DNA from: the human T2T-CHM13v2.0 reference genome, Homo sapiens
Strand: one strand, 5' to 3'
DNA: 64,000 bases
NCBI RefSeq assembly: GCF_009914755.1
Contig: NC_060926.1
Shown: positions 27,677-42,461 of the stretch, one piece after another
Position numbering within the stretch: the stretch's first letter is position 1
How the letters are laid out: each line of letters opens with the position of its first letter
Notes under the pieces: generated by a model
Told to the model about the DNA's origin: nothing
Database searches by the model: none
What the model saw: the letters and a program-made list of their open reading frames with translations, nothing else
Translations under genes and position numbers: made by a program

Positions 27677-28019
27677 TACATTTGCCCTGCAGTAACCCTG
27701 GGGGATTGATTCCAGGACCCCACTTGGATACAAAAATCCAAGGATCCTCAAGTCCCTTATATAAAATTGTGCCATATTTGCACTTAACCTTTGTAAATCC
27801 TCTCATATACTTTAAATCACCTCTAAATTACTTATAACATGTAATACAATGTAAATGCTATGTAAATACTTGTTATACTGTATTAGTTAGGGAATAATGA
27901 CAAGAAAAAAAATCTGTACATGTTCAGCACTGATGCAACCATCCATTATTTGCCAACTATTTTTGATCCAAGGTGGCTGAACCCACAGATGTGGAACCGA
28001 TGGGTACAGAGGGCTGACT
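27677..28019. mobile_element. MER2 (TcMar-Tigger) relic
   Basis: gggggattgattccaggacccc...caagtcccttatataaaat...gatgtggaacc...acagagggctgact. Confidence 0.85.
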
Positions 28020-28555
28020 CTCTTTGTTTTCATAGACTTGAGAGTCTAGGACACTTTTACTATCTAGTGAAGTGCTTACTTAATCGAATGACAAATGCTT
28101 TCAAAGATTTTTTTTTGTTTATTTCACTGTGTGTAAGCAAATAATTTTGAAAATAATGTGGAATTTTTTTAATGAGGATAGCAAGTAATCAAATGAAAAG
28201 AAAATCATTTGTAAGTTGATAGAAAATATTTTTAAAAGAAAATAATGTCTGCATATAGAAATAAAGGTTAAAATGTAAGAATTGTCAATCAGTTGTAATA
28301 AACTCGAGCTGTTTCTTTGGAGACAGAAGACAATGAATTTTAAAAATCTGATTATTGAAAAAAAAAACTTGTGACCACATATCAACAAGAATAGGAGTAA
28401 GAAATGCTGTGTAGACATAAGATATTAAGTTTAAATGAATGTTATACAGAGCAGAATGGATTGTGAATGGGTTACAATTTCTGTGTAACTGGTAAATAAA
28501 TTCAAGAGTTCTTTGTGAAGTATAAAAGCACAATAAACTTAGAAAAAACAAAAAC

Positions 28556-28869
28556 GGCTGGGCGCGGTGGTTCAAGCCTGTAATCCCAGCACTTTGGGAG
28601 GCCGAGTGGGGTGGATCACTTGAGGTCAGGAATTTGAGACCAGCCCTACCAACATGGTGAAACCTGGTCTTTACTAAAAATACAAAAATTAGCTGGATGT
28701 GGTTGTGCATGCCTGTAATTCCAGCTACTCGGGAGACTGAAGTGGGAGGATCACTTGAACCCAGGAGAGAGAGATTGTAGTGAGCTGAAATCACGCCACT
28801 GCCCTCAAGCCTGGGTGACAGAGCAAGACTGACTCAAAAACGAAAAATAAATAAATAAATAAATAAAAA
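28556..28869 (+). mobile_element. Full-length Alu (AluS/J) with (TAAA)n tail
   Basis: Alu consensus with both arms; explains ORF 28285..28794. Confidence 0.95.
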
Positions 28870-29002
28870 CTTTAACAACTAATAAGAAAATCAGTGAAGC
28901 GACCAGTGTATACAATTAGATGTACAAAACAAATACTTTTCCTATATACCATTCAGTATCTGTTAGAAAAGATAATAGAAAAGTTCCATAAAGAAAGAAA
29001 AG

Positions 29003-29273
29003 GGCTGGGTATGGTGGCTCACACCTGTAATCCCAGCTCTTTGGGAGGCCAAAACTGGAGGAGCCCTTGAGCCCAGGAGTTCAAGACTAGTCTGGGAAAC
29101 ATTGAAAGACCCTGTCTCTATAAATATGAAAAAATGGGCTGGGCATGGTGGTACACATCTGTAGTCCTAGCTACTCTGAAGGCTGAAGCAGAAGGATCGC
29201 TTGAGCCCAGGAGTTCAGAACTGTGGTGAGCTACACTTCACTCCAGTCTGCTGACAGAGGGACACATCCCATC

Positions 29274-29304
<31 letters not shown>
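29003..29304 (+). mobile_element. AluJ-like element with ~27-nt poly-A tail
   Basis: cttgagcccaggagttc in both arms (AluJ diagnostic). Confidence 0.9.
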
Positions 29305-29311
<7 letters not shown>

Positions 29312-29779
29312 GGATGTTTTATAATAAATCTGGAGTCAAATGAATCAAATTCAATCAAAATGTTGTTGAGAGATACAAAGAGAAAATGTATAGGGTAAAG
29401 TTAAATGGGATAAAAAGCACCTTGAAATGATTTACAGAAAGTTTATCATGAAAAATGCTTATGTTATAATATCAAGTTATCTTTTAAATGCGTAGAAAAT
29501 AGCATGGAAGAAAATACTCCCAAGTACAGACCTTTATAACTATTATTGGATAGTATTATTTTTCATTTTTATTCTTTTTGTGTTTTTCATAAGAAACGTA
29601 AATGATTTTGTGTGATATGAAAAAATATACATCTTCATTTTTTTAACGGTTTAGATAAAAGATAAGTATTTGCTTTGTCTTCCATGTATAGTGTTTGGCC
29701 CTTTTCAGGAAAGGAGTTTTATTTTTTTTTAATCTACGTGCTTGTTTTTGTTAATTCATATGGTGGTTATTTTCCTTAG

Positions 29780-29929
29780 AAAGATGTGCGGGACATCCTC
29801 ACCCCAATTCAGATTGAAGCTGCTTACCACCTTGGTCCTCATGTCATCAGTAAACGAAGTACAGAGGAATTCCCACCACTTCAGCCAATTCTTCAGCAGA
29901 AGAAAGAAAAAGACATAATGAAAAAAACG
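29780..29929 (+). CDS. ITGA4: ITGA4 exon 16 (KDVRDILTPIQIEAAYHLGPHVISKRSTEEF...MKKT; KR/ST cleavage site)
   Basis: ttag|AAA...ACG|gtagga; 150 bp; seen in ORF 29786..30010. Confidence 0.97.
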
Positions 29930-31814
29930 GTAGGAATATTTTCCTTTATTCAAATTATTGTATGGCATTTAACTAAATTTTTAAAATATGGCATAATTCT
30001 GAAGAAGTGAACTATATGTCGGAATTTTTAAAAATACGAATTTTTAAAAACAAAAATAGATTTATTCATTTCTTTAAATTGTTTATATTCCCTTTAGGAT
30101 ATTGAACTGAATATTTTAAAATATGCATTTAATCACAACAGTAGATTCTCATATAAAATGCTGATGTTCTATTTTTAATGCCTTGCCAGTGAAGAAAGAT
30201 ATATTACTAGAGAGAAATCATAATGGGAGAAGATTGTATTTACAAGTTAGTTATTCAGTGTCATCATGTGTCCTCAGTTTATCTTCCTCTTCTCATTTTC
30301 TCCCTTGCTTTCATCCTACTCACAGATTCACTCATGTCTTCATAATCAAATTTTCTTGCTTAGTTTTACCCATTTACAGACACATGTATTTATGTTATAC
30401 AATAATTTCTTTTTAAAAATTTCATTATATGCTTTTCAGCCACATCCCAGGATCAATTGCATTTGAGATGGATCCTACATTCTAACCAGTGAACCGTTTT
30501 CTAAATTATCTCAAAATATTTAAGTTTCACTGACAGTGTATTTATTCTCAGGAGTCCTGTTGTTCAGACCTTTAGTGTCTATCAACACAAAGACATAGTG
30601 TTTGTCCAAAAACAGGATGTGTCTGGGCATAGTAAAAAGCCTTCATTAAAATGTTCACTAATGACACACAGAATGTAAAAGATGAAAGGGACATTTAAAG
30701 GTCTAGTTCACATCCTGTCCAGACAAAATTGCCCCATAGTCACTTTAAGATAATTGAGCTTACAATCACCACTAGTCTAGTCTAGAATACAGGATCAAAT
30801 GAAGATAACTGAAGAGCAGATTTTTCTCTACACCCTCATGAAAATATTTACGGAAGTCAGGGGTTGTTTTTACTCTTCTTTTGAACTTCAGTTGTCAACA
30901 TCAACTATTTGTAAATGTCTTTAATAGTGAAAATCTCAATATTGCAAGTACACAAGCCAAAACCTTAGCAATTGGTAGTTATATTAATTTATATTTTGAT
31001 TCTTAGAACAACCTGCTTTACCAATAGAAATGGCAGAAAAAAAAATCATATTTATTTAGAGAGATATTTACACCTCTCCCCCAGCTGTAGGCACGCTATT
31101 TGACAGTACTCTAGTCACTTCACACTTAATGAGCCTGGCTCCTTCTGACTTTCTAGATCTCTCTTTGTTTTCTGCATCTGTCTCTCTCTACCTGTTCCCG
31201 TTACCTTCCCTTTTATCTCTCCCCATTTTTTCCTTTTGCCCAGCTTATGCCTTGGGTCTTCCTAGGTCCTTTGTAGTATTTATTGATCTTATTAAAAAGC
31301 TTCAAGTTAATTAAATTCTGAAACCCTTATTTAATTTTGTTCAATATTTACTCTAAGTAAAATTTCTAAGTATCTCCATGTAGCTAATTTCAATGAATAT
31401 AAAATCACTGTCCCAACATCTGTCACAATTAAGTGCCATACTTACACGTAATAAATGGGATCAAACTGCAGCAACAGAAAATTGAGAGGAACCCAATGAA
31501 AAACATCTTGGCAGCTAATAAACTCCTTTAATGCCTTTCATTTAACTTTTTTTCCAAATCTTATTTCACTTAGAAAATTTGGGCTTTAAATTTTACCTAT
31601 TTAGAACTTAGCTCTTTTAGCCCTGCAAGTAATTGTCATTTGAACCCTACTAATTCTCAAATTGAACTTTTTAAAAGAGATAAAATAAAGAGTTGTCAAT
31701 TTGATGTATCAATTTTATTTTTCTCATGCATCACAGGTGTCGTCATCTTTAAAATATATATAAATATACTTGCTGATTAAATCAAAATAAAAAACGTTGT
31801 CTTTTTATTTCCAG

Positions 31815-31891
31815 ATAAACTTTGCAAGGTTTTGTGCCCATGAAAATTGTTCTGCTGATTTACAGGTTTCTGCAAAGATTGGGTTTTTGAA
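31815..31891 (+). CDS. ITGA4: ITGA4 exon 17 (INFARFCAHENCSADLQVSAKIGFLK; genu)
   Basis: ccag|ATA...AA|gtaagt; 77 bp. Confidence 0.97.
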
Positions 31892-34800
31892 GTAAGTATA
31901 TGTGGTATATAGTCTCTGTTATTCATCGAGAGGGGGTAATGAGTGTGTGCATTTGCATTCCCAAAAGAAAAGGAACAAGAGCTAACCCTTGAAAATTAAC
32001 AGCGTTTAAAGAATTAGCAACACAATGCTTAGTTTTTTATCGGCCAGAAAACTGGTTATATCACTCAGACTGATATATAATCCAAGTATGACAAATTTAA
32101 AAAGGAATAAACTATCTTGCTCTTCTAAATTCATAGAAGGGGAAACAGAGTAAAAAGGAAATAGATATGTGTTTTAGAATAGCATCTAACACATAGCAAA
32201 GACTGGATAAATGTTGGTTGCTGTCGTTATTTTATAATGGCAAATAAACCACTGCAATTTTGTATCATATCTGGATCCCCTATATTCAAATCATTTTGCA
32301 TATCAAAAAGATGATGTGAAAACAAGGACCAGAGAGAGAGAATGAACACTTCAGGTTGAGGATTGATCATAGAAGGCAAGTGAAAGAAGGGAAGAAGATG
32401 CATCAGTGACGGGGCAGGGAAACAGGGAACTATTTTTGGGAGATTGGGATATAAATGGAGCAGCTTTAATCTGGGGCATGTTGAATTTGGAGGGACTTTT
32501 CTATGTGGCATTCCACTTGAAAATCTAGTTCAGGATTATGTTTGGAAGTTCCTCCATATATTAGTGACTTGTGAGATGGCCCAAGGGATAGAAATGTGAA
32601 TTTCACAGAGGAAAAAAATTACAGATCAAATCTTGGAGGACAGTTTTATTCAAGGAGATTAAAAAGAATGGGGAGTCCCTGTAGGAGACTGAGAAGGCAT
32701 CTTCAAGGAATTAAAGAGAACCAAGTCCCTGGTGAAATAGCCAATGGAGAATATAAAAAGGGAGACTTAATATTGTAAAATTTATAAAAAGATCAGATAG
32801 CGTAATGTCTAAAGGTCATGGAAGTTGGCATTTATTAATAAAATGTGACGGGTGGTGAAAAAATGGGTATCACTGGCAAATGTTAAGATAGAACTCTCAG
32901 TGCAGAAGTAGCCAAATGACAGGATTAGTGATTAAAGAAAGGAGAGTATACTGGGAACAAGTAGGTTCAAGTGAGGTATTTTTATGTATTTATCAAATGT
33001 TGTTATTTGTTCAATTATTAGAAGATGTAAATGTGAGTGCCAGAGGCAGGGAAAAGAATAAATTGGAGGGAGACATCTTCAACTTAACTTCCAGCACATG
33101 CTTTTCAGTCCATACTTGAATTCCACTCTGAAGCATTTCACTGTTCACTTCCTCTTTTGAACGTCTTATCCTTTAATTTTCATGATACTATCCTACTCCC
33201 ATTGTCTTAGTAGTTATTTAGCCCTTTCTTTTCAGCTGTTTTTGATGGATCTTTGGGTTTGGCACCCTAAATGGTCCTCCCTCAGCCCTTTCTCTCACTA
33301 CCACATTCAACCTTGGTAGTCTTGCTCATAACTGCAATTTCAACTGGCATGCCTACACTGCTGATGCCTAAACCAGTGTCTCTTGAGTTTCACACCCACC
33401 TACATATCAAATTCCCTATTAGACATGTCCTTTTGGTTGCCCTATAGTTTCAATCTGTCCAGGCACTATCCAGGAATGACATGGACATTAGAAAGTTACC
33501 AAAGCCAGAAACCTAGGGCTCAATCTGCATTCTTTTCTCTTTCTTATTTCTGATATCCAGAATTATTAAGTACTACAATACTACCACCTAGATGTCTTTC
33601 TTATCCATCATGCTTTGCTATCTCTACCACTATTACTCCAAACTAGGCACTCACTATCCTACCTAGGTCACTAAGTTCTCCTGCTTTCTAGGATACTGGC
33701 CTTTGATTTTGCATTATTAACATACACATGTGATAACAGTGCTTCAGTGGCTCATTTTAGACTTAAAATCTAAACTCCTGGGTGGTATTTTTCACCAATT
33801 CCCCAGGAAGTTTTTCATCAATGGCTGAATACTTATGGTGGTTTGGCTGTGCCATGCTCTCCTGAACCTCTGTATCTTCTCACTTCTTCTGCCCATCTAC
33901 CTGATTAACTTTTATTTATCTTTTAAATCTCACCTGTTTCCTAGGGGAAGCCCCCTGGTCTTCAGCTACTTAAACTTAAGTTCTGTTGTGCCCTTGGTCC
34001 TATGGCCCTGTGCTCACGATTATTGAGAGTCTGTCTCCACACTGTCCTGGAAGCTGCTGCAAAGCAGGGTCCTGTCATTTTTGTGTTCCCAATGCCTAAC
34101 AGTGCCTGGAGTGCTGCAGGTGACTGGAGAGGTTTGCTGAGAATGGAACAAGATCCCAAAAGGGATCAGATTCATAGGTAGAGGAATTAGCCTTAGTTAA
34201 GAATCTCCTTATCTTGAGCTAACAAGCTATGAAAATATGTTTGACATTAAGAAATTTCAATGTGGAAGGAAGGGAAATACAGAGAACTCATGGATGGCTA
34301 GGATAAAAAGCAAGTTTATATGTGGTAATTGAAGGCATTGAGGATATGTTTGGGAACTGAAAGGAATGGAAAAAATTCAAAATAGATTAAGGACAGGGAG
34401 TCAACTAGGAATAAGTAAAAAGGTTGACAAATAGAGTTGAGTACCCTACTGTGGTAGGATCACATATGGCTGAGAATCAATTATTTTCACTTAGGCAATG
34501 TCAGTTTAGCCTTGAGAGTCCATAGTTCAGGGCCAAAAAGCCTTGACCTATTTGATTGATGATTGGATTTTATACTTAAGTTACCCAGATTAACTGTAAT
34601 CCAGAAACAGAGACTACGGACTACTTTGTATCCCAGCATGTAGGGCAGTGCCTTTATTGATTTCTTAGTTGAATAACTTATAATCTTCCCATTTCTGTAT
34701 TTATTTTCTTCCTAAACCGCTTAATTATCTTGGTGTTTTTACCCTCATGGGCCTTTGATAAGAAGACGAGCTGTGTGGGGGAAATCTTTTCTAAGCTGCA

Positions 34801-35099
34801 AGTAAAGGAGTGTTTTCATTTTCTTAAATCAGACACTTGTGCTATCACCTTTCATTGCAGTCTCTCTGGCCTATGAGAAAATGAGACATTGACATTTATA
34901 AGAAAATATTACTAACTATGCTTCTTTCCTGAATAATGAAAATGCATCTTAATGAATTATTTTTCTTTGTTACATGTTTTCTCACAACAAAATATCTGCT
35001 TTGCATTTTTAATTTAGAGTGATAATATTTCTTGCAGCCTATCAAACCCATTATGATTTTTAAATGGCATAATGATTTTAAATGAAGTATAAGGCTGTG

Positions 35100-35510
35100 T
35101 TTCTTAAGGTGTTGTCTCTGAGCCACCTTTATGAGAATCACCTGGATGCTTGAAAGAAATGCAGATTCCTAGGCCCCAGACCATCCACGTCAGAACTAAA
35201 GGGGACCAGGCCACAGATCTTCACAATTAATAGAGCTCCAAGTTCTTATCACACTGAAACCTAAGAACCAATGTTATGGTGGTGAAGAGCTTCCAGATTT
35301 GAAGTCAAACTGACCTGGTTCAAATCCCATATCTACTGTATTACTAGTGACCTTTTCAGAGAAGACTTTTAACTTCTCTAGACCTCTTTCCTCATTGCTA
35401 AGTGGGTAAAAATAGTACCGACTCATTAAGGTTGTCTTAAAGGGTAATAATGCAGGCCAAGTGCCTAGTGCAAAGCCTGATTTCCATGAAGACTCAATAA
35501 AAGTCATTAC
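35100..35510. mobile_element. MER5-like fragment followed by MIR
   Basis: gagaatcacctgg..atgcagattcctaggcccc, then ctggttcaaatccca..ttactagtgacctt. Confidence 0.6.
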
Positions 35511-38500
35511 TATTTCTATTTTTGAAATATTATGGTTGGAATTTCTATAGATAAGCTTTTTTAGTTTGGCCATAAAATGAAACATTGCCAATTCTATATA
35601 TAATTCTGCATATAAGCTTTATATCCTGAAAATATAGCTGCTGTGACTGGCTCAGTAGTTGCAGTCTTACAAGGTTTGAAGTGGCATGAATGTCCATATA
35701 AAGTAGTAGGCGCCATATTTTTTGTATCAACTAAGAAAGTTACAGGCTATGTATTTCTATTAGATAAATGATTATTTGAGGAACTTTCAAATGAGAGCCC
35801 TTCTAATTAATTTCTTAGACTCACAGTGAAAGGTTCTGACAAAGTGCTTTGTGTTTTGGTAAATTATACTCTATCAGACAGAAATATGTCTCTCCCACAG
35901 AGGTGTCCTCTCTCCTTTCTCAGAAACAGTAGGCGAATTGTGACCATATGTTCCATACATTCTCCCAGCTATAACTCTGCTGGCACTAATGGTATTTATG
36001 TGCCCCAGAGCTATAAACCTGTTTTAGGTAAATGTATTTACTCAGTAAAGAACATGAGTTTCTGAAGACTGCAATAATAAACTGTCAACAGTATGCTAAA
36101 CAGTGCTTATCCACTCTCTCTCATCTCTTCATTAAGTTGAGGCTTCCTCCTGTATGTCTAAATGCTTAGGACAATAAACTGCATTTATAAAGGACTTGCA
36201 GTGCAAAATAAAGATGAACCAACACGACTTCAAGATTACAAATATAATAGAAGGTATTAGCCATCACATAGGGAGTTTAAAATCAAATCCTTGAAACTCA
36301 TGTAAATGATACCGCAATACATTTCTGCACCTCAGTTGTGCTTCCAGAATGAGTGATGTAAGCTTTCCCTGAACAATTGCTTCTGTATCTGCTAGGAATA
36401 CTTTTAATTGCAAGTTTTAGAGTAATTAACTAATAGTGACTTGAACAATAAAGATATTATTTCGCATAATAAGCAGTCTTGAGGAAGGATGTTCACAGGT
36501 TTGGTGAACAGCTACCAAAGACTAGACATTGATGGTTATCTTTCCAGCTCTCTCAGCTTTTCCTCATGATCACAGTATAGCCAAGCAGCATCAAGCTTCC
36601 AAGCAAGAGAAAAGGGAAAAGAGCAAAAGTGCTTGGTCATCTTTAAGTTGCCCTTCCAGGAAGGGCAGTGCCTCATTTGATGTATTCTGATTAACCAGAT
36701 GTGTGTTACCTGTTTATCCCTGATTCTGTTATGGTTGAAGGAGAATGGAGTCGTCATGATCACAGTAAATGGATCCTGAATCAATTATTTTGTTATTGTG
36801 ATACATTCTCTGGAGTTGAACCTAGAGGTCTGTCTTCTGAAATATTAAGGGAATGCTGCCTGTCACCTGAATAATCTAGGGCTCTGTTGGCAGCTAAGAA
36901 GGGAAATCACTGTTGGCTAGACAATGAGCAAGGAGCAACATTTGCCACCATGCTGTTAATTCCCGAAAGAGCTAGTGTGATGAAATTGTCCATTTTTAAA
37001 ATGGAAATAGTACGAATATTTGCCTCACTGACAGCATAAAGTTTTGGGAGAATGAATTATATGCTTTATAAACTAAGACATGCTAATTACTGGTTCAATC
37101 TTCCAATTTAAGTTTTTCTGCTGTTCTTCCCTTAACCTCAGTGAGTTTGCCTGTCTTTAATAAAATCTTCCTAAATGTCAGGTAACCTGTCTATTCCAAC
37201 AGGCAAGAATTTTTCAGTATTGTCTTTTTCCCTGAAGTCAGTAGTAAAGGAAAAAAAGATAAAAATTGTACTTAGGCCTGTAGACTACTTGCTGCAGGTT
37301 ACTCTTTTGTCAAATAAATGAGTCATGTATCTTGACATAGTGAAGTATGGTATCAGTTTACGTTATATTTTATTCTAGCATCTTGATTAAAAACAAGTTA
37401 GCTATCAAGCCCTAATTCATTTTAGGGAGACAGGGTGAATTCATTATACTAAGACTTGGGGAGCATTTCTTGCAAAATAAAGCTATATTATTCACTCAGA
37501 AAAAAACATAGAGCCTGGTGCTGTGGTACATCATTTTTCTATTTTTCCTCTGTCACTTATTAAGTTATGATTCTGTATGTACACAGTACCTTGATTTGTT
37601 TAAGTTACATGGATTCTGTGCTGCTTTGTAAATTTCAAGTCTGCATTATGCATGTTTTAATGAAGAATGAACTATGAGTCCCAGGGACAGCTCTGGTTCA
37701 GTCTTGTCGCACTTCCAGATGTGCACCTGGTTCTTTATTATGTCTCACATAGGAAGCTGGTAGGTATCTTTCTGAGAGCATCTTGTTAATGAATCAATTT
37801 ACAGTAAGATGTATATTTAGGGGAAAGAAAGTAGAATTGTAATTATGGTAATGGGGCAAAACAGCTTAAAAATGGAAAATAAACCAGGAGTCTAGCTGCT
37901 GAAATGTGAACATTGTGTTTCTCTTTAATTTGCTGTTGTCTTGGAACCTAGCTGTTTATGCAGTGCTTTCACCTTCTGTTGCTTGTCTAAGTGCCAACTT
38001 CTTTCCCAAAGGTGTTCAGTGACTAATGCTTTGGTTACAAGCCAGAATATTTTATAAATGTCTATTTCTGGGCAGCTCTTCTACAAGTCTTAATTAAACT
38101 TTAATGTCAAGCTGAAGTTTACTTTTAGAACCTCTTAGGTTGCTTTAGTCCTAACATGATTATAGAGTTTGGGGTGGGGGGGCAGGATGTGGGACAGCCA
38201 TGTTCCCACACACTTCCTCTCTCCCATTTAACAGTGCCACCAAGCAGATTCATACTACTTAACCCCAAGGTTTACAACACAGGCACGAGTAAATCACAGC
38301 CATTCCCTAAAATGTTGTGGTAGCACACTGTCACTCAGACTCCTCCACCCTGCAGTGATACCCAGGGTTTGGAATTACTGCTTTGTTAGTTATTACACAT
38401 TCTTCCAGCATATCCAACTGCTCAAATCAGGGATCCCAATGTAGAGATGATGCATGTGGAAGTAGCATTCTTTCCTTTCTTCTCCATGTCTGGAGGAGTT

Positions 38501-38691
38501 ATGAGGACTGGGGGATCATTTTCTCTAATTCTCATATGGCTTATTGGGGTAAAGAACTGCATCCTATGCCATCTGAAATAATGAAGCTTCTATTATAGTC
38601 AGAATAGTACAAAATAGATTTCAATTAAATATGGTAATATGTTATATGTTTATTTTGTAATTAATTTACTCATCAATTGGATTGCTCTGTA

Positions 38692-38885
38692 GCAAGAGCC
38701 TGCATTTTTTTCTGTGAAGGGACAGATAGTACATATTTGAGTTTTTGTGGGACAGAGATCTCTGTCCCAACTACTCAACTCTGTCACTGCAGTGCAAAAG
38801 CATGTCTGTGTTCTCATAGAGCTTTATTTACTAAAGTAGGCAGACATGTGAATTTGGCCTTCAGGGAGTAGTTTACAGACCTCTA
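38692..38885. mobile_element. MER58A (hAT-Charlie) relic
   Basis: ttttctgtgaagggacagatagta...aactactcaactctg...tttggcc..gtagttt..gacc. Confidence 0.8.
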
Positions 38886-39119
38886 CTCTATGATATGCTT
38901 GCTTTTTATATGGAAATTCTAAAGTATATATATTTTTATTAATTAAAAATAGTGCCTGATAGTATATTTTGTTTTTTAAACATAGTTTGTCAATATAACT
39001 TAGGCTGGTTGTGAAAGTAAGCCAAGATTCAAAGATTTTTAAGAAATTAATCCTCAGTTAAAAAATTATAAGAATCTCTCCTAGATAGAAACAAAGATAG
39101 ATATAAATATGTATCTAGC

Positions 39120-39590
39120 CTACAGAATTACGTGTGTATGTTGACCAAAAAACTATAATAGTTCCAAAAATGGAAATTGTCAAAAGTCCCATGGATAATT
39201 GAAAGGATAAATAAGATGTGGCATATTCATAAAATGGACTATATACACCAATGATAAGAAACATTTTACAACTACATGTACCAATATGTTAATCTCACAA
39301 ACAAAATTTTGAATAAAAGCCATGCAAAAGAACAGATACTCAAAGATTACATTACATTTATATAAAATACAAAACCGAACAAAACCAAGTTATATTATTA
39401 AAAATCAAGGAGGGTGAGGACAATAACTGGAAGAAAAAGCCCCAGAGGGTTTTTCAGTGGTGCTGCTAATATTTATTTCCTTGAGCTAGGTGCTTAACGC
39501 ATGTATTCATAAAAAATATTGAGCTGTACAATCAGGATATGTGCATTTTTCTATGCATGTATTATACTCTGATAAGTTTAAAATAGAAAA
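39120..39590 (+). mobile_element. Ancient L1 (L1ME/MC-like) 3' fragment
   Basis: ggataaataagatgtggcatattcataaaatgga...gtgcattttctatgcatgtattatact. Confidence 0.6.
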
Positions 39591-42310
39591 AAAGAGGAAG
39601 AATTTTCTAGCATTAAGTGAAGTGTCCATTTTCTTAGAAGTTACATTAGAGTTATAAAAGTGGGGGGAAATATCCAAAATTATTTTATTTGCATATTCCG
39701 AGGTTCATAAGAATAACTCTGAAAAACCGTACCACATTTCCAGTTTGGATTTTGCCATGGTCATATGATGCCATTAATTCATAGGTCATTTCAGTAGGTT
39801 TATCACCACCAAAACATTAGGTTGTCTGGATGGGGGTACAGATCGCAATGTGGTAATGCTAGATATTTACTTTCTTAGTGAGACATTTGGAATTTGTATA
39901 GCATCACAGAACAGATAAACACGGTTTAAGGCTATAACGTGACAGTATTTATGCTGATACTTTCATAGACTTCTAACAGTCAATAACTTATCCAATAATT
40001 TCCCCAATTTTTTTCTGACATGTTGCTTGGACACCACCGAACCCTTCTTTACATTTAATACAGACATGTACTTACCTGCTTATATTTTTTGAAGACTGTG
40101 TTGTTAGGCTCTGAGAAAGCATGTGAATCACGATCCAGCATCTTCTCCCCAAGGCAAATTAGTCTAGTAGTGAGAGGAACCAGAGACTTGACATTGTGAA
40201 AATACTGCATTTTTATAGAGGTGCCCCGTGTGCTTTGAGAGAGGGAGAAGCTGCCACCTTACGCTGTTAGGGGAGAGCAATGCAGGGTGAAGGTGGTTAA
40301 CAGTGAGTTTTGGCTGGAAGAACAACTGAGAATTATTGACGTCCAAGATAAATCTTGAAGAATAAGTACACGTCAGATGCATGAAGAGGAGATGTTGACA
40401 TCAGAGTGCTAGTTTGAAGGAAGACGCAAAACATCCTGGTGTATTAGATGCCTGTTTATAGAAAAATATGACTGAAACAATGAATTGTGCAGTGAAAGTG
40501 AAGCAGGGGCCAACTCTGGAGGGCCTCTGTGTCATGCTAAGGAGTTGGAACTCTTATCTTGAAGGCAATGTATGGTTCTCAACAGACACCATTATCTAGT
40601 TTGCTTTCTTGAAAATGACCCTCTGGCAGTGTGAAGACTGGATTAAAGGAGAGGAGAAGGACTTGAGACAGATAAATCAATTAGAAACTCAATCCAAGTG
40701 AATTTAGGTTCAATCATGACATTTTCAGACTTAAAATTTCTTGAGGCAGCCAATTTAACCATAGTAGTAGAGAAAGAACAAGTATCATGTCTTTACTACC
40801 TCAGGCAAAAAGTGGTTTCCCAGAGCCCTCTATTCACAACACTTGCCCGTTTGTGTATCTTTTTTACATTTATTTACACATCTGTCCTTTATTATATCAG
40901 CTCTAGGAAGGAGTGAAGTGTGTTGGTATTTGGGAACGATGAACTTAGTGCCTGATTTATTGTACAGAAACTTTCAATTCATTCATGAATCTTCAAGTAA
41001 TAATTAAAAGCAGAAATTTTGAAACATGTTCTTAAACTCTGTCCTTACATACTCTGTCTTTAATCAATTCACAAAAACAACTAAATTCCTACTGTATCTT
41101 TAGTATTTCCATAAATAGTTTATTCAAACACTAATCTTCTCTACAAATGTTGATTTGAATGACACAATTTAAACATTATTGAAGAAACTTTCTAAATTCT
41201 GCAGTGCTAGGTGGATATTTATCTTTTTTATCTATCCTCACCTGATATTTTGCTTTGGGTAAATGCTTCTCTACTTTTAACTAATTTTTCTGAATGTTAA
41301 ATTACTAGATATCTAAGAACTTCTGTTCTTAGGGGAAAGTTTATAAAATGACATACTGTATTGGAAAGTTTTCCTTAGCATATAGCTGTTCTAACCCTCT
41401 CACTGGGAAAAAGAATGAACTGTAGAAATTTGCAATTGTTTCAAGACTTCAGAACATTCTAGCTGTGGCCTTTGAATAAGTTCCTTATGTCTCAAATACT
41501 TCATATTTAAAATATTTTAAGGACTTTATACAGTATACATAACCCAGATCTTCAGTGAATGGTAGGTAGTATGGAATAGGATGACTGAGGCTTAAAAATG
41601 CTAAATTACTTCCCCACCAGAAAGAACTGCTGGCAGTGCCAGGACTTGAACTCGTGCATATATATGGATTTACAGCAATCTATACTTTGCAATACACAGG
41701 AGGATGAAGCATTTCTCCAGTTCTGTTTTTAAATTTGGCCTAGTTACTGGTGGAGGTGACCAGCTGCTTCACAATTTAATTCTAGTCCAACAGATTTTAG
41801 TGCCACGCACTTGTGGGTGGACATAGTAGTTCTTCCTCATGCCTTGCTCACTTCTACCAAGTATTCCTTCTAGTCTTCTTTTCTACCAGTTCCTTCCATT
41901 TTCCTCCCTCGGTTCAGGCAGCAGCTAGTTCAATGTCTATTTTAGGCTTGCAAGAAAGAAAAGAAAAACTGCTTTGCCTTTAGAAAATGTTACGAAATAA
42001 TCAGGAAAATGTTAAAATTATAGAAGCAAGAGGTTATGCAGAAAAGAAATGAGAAAAGATACGAGTTTAATTATAGCTCATTAAAGTTTCCTTGGGTAAT
42101 AGGTGACTGAATTTATAAAAAACATGACAAAGAGTTCTTCTTAATATGGTTTTACATCTGCTTGCATAGGGTCAATCCCATGATTGTTTTTCCAAGAAAA
42201 TTAGTATTTTATGTTCAGCATAAATTATATACATATATCCTTGTATGCATATAAGAGAGAGGGATTTTTATTTCCTAAACAAGAACTAAATAATATTACT
42301 TAATTTTTAG

Positions 42311-42461
42311 GCCCCATGAAAATAAAACATATCTTGCTGTTGGGAGTATGAAGACATTGATGTTGAATGTGTCCTTGTTTAATGCTGGAGATGATGCATA
42401 TGAAACGACTCTACATGTCAAACTACCCGTGGGTCTTTATTTCATTAAGATTTTAGAGCTG
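42311..42461 (+). CDS. ITGA4: ITGA4 exon 18 (PHENKTYLAVGSMKTLMLNVSLFNAGDDAYETTL...ILEL)
   Basis: ttag|G...CTG|gtaagt; 151 bp; seen in ORF 42348..42566. Confidence 0.97.

Noticed and set aside
28285-28794. 169-aa ORF (also 8920..9219, 46877..47212, 51000..51320, 51169..51423)
   Set aside because: Translations of Alu sequence.
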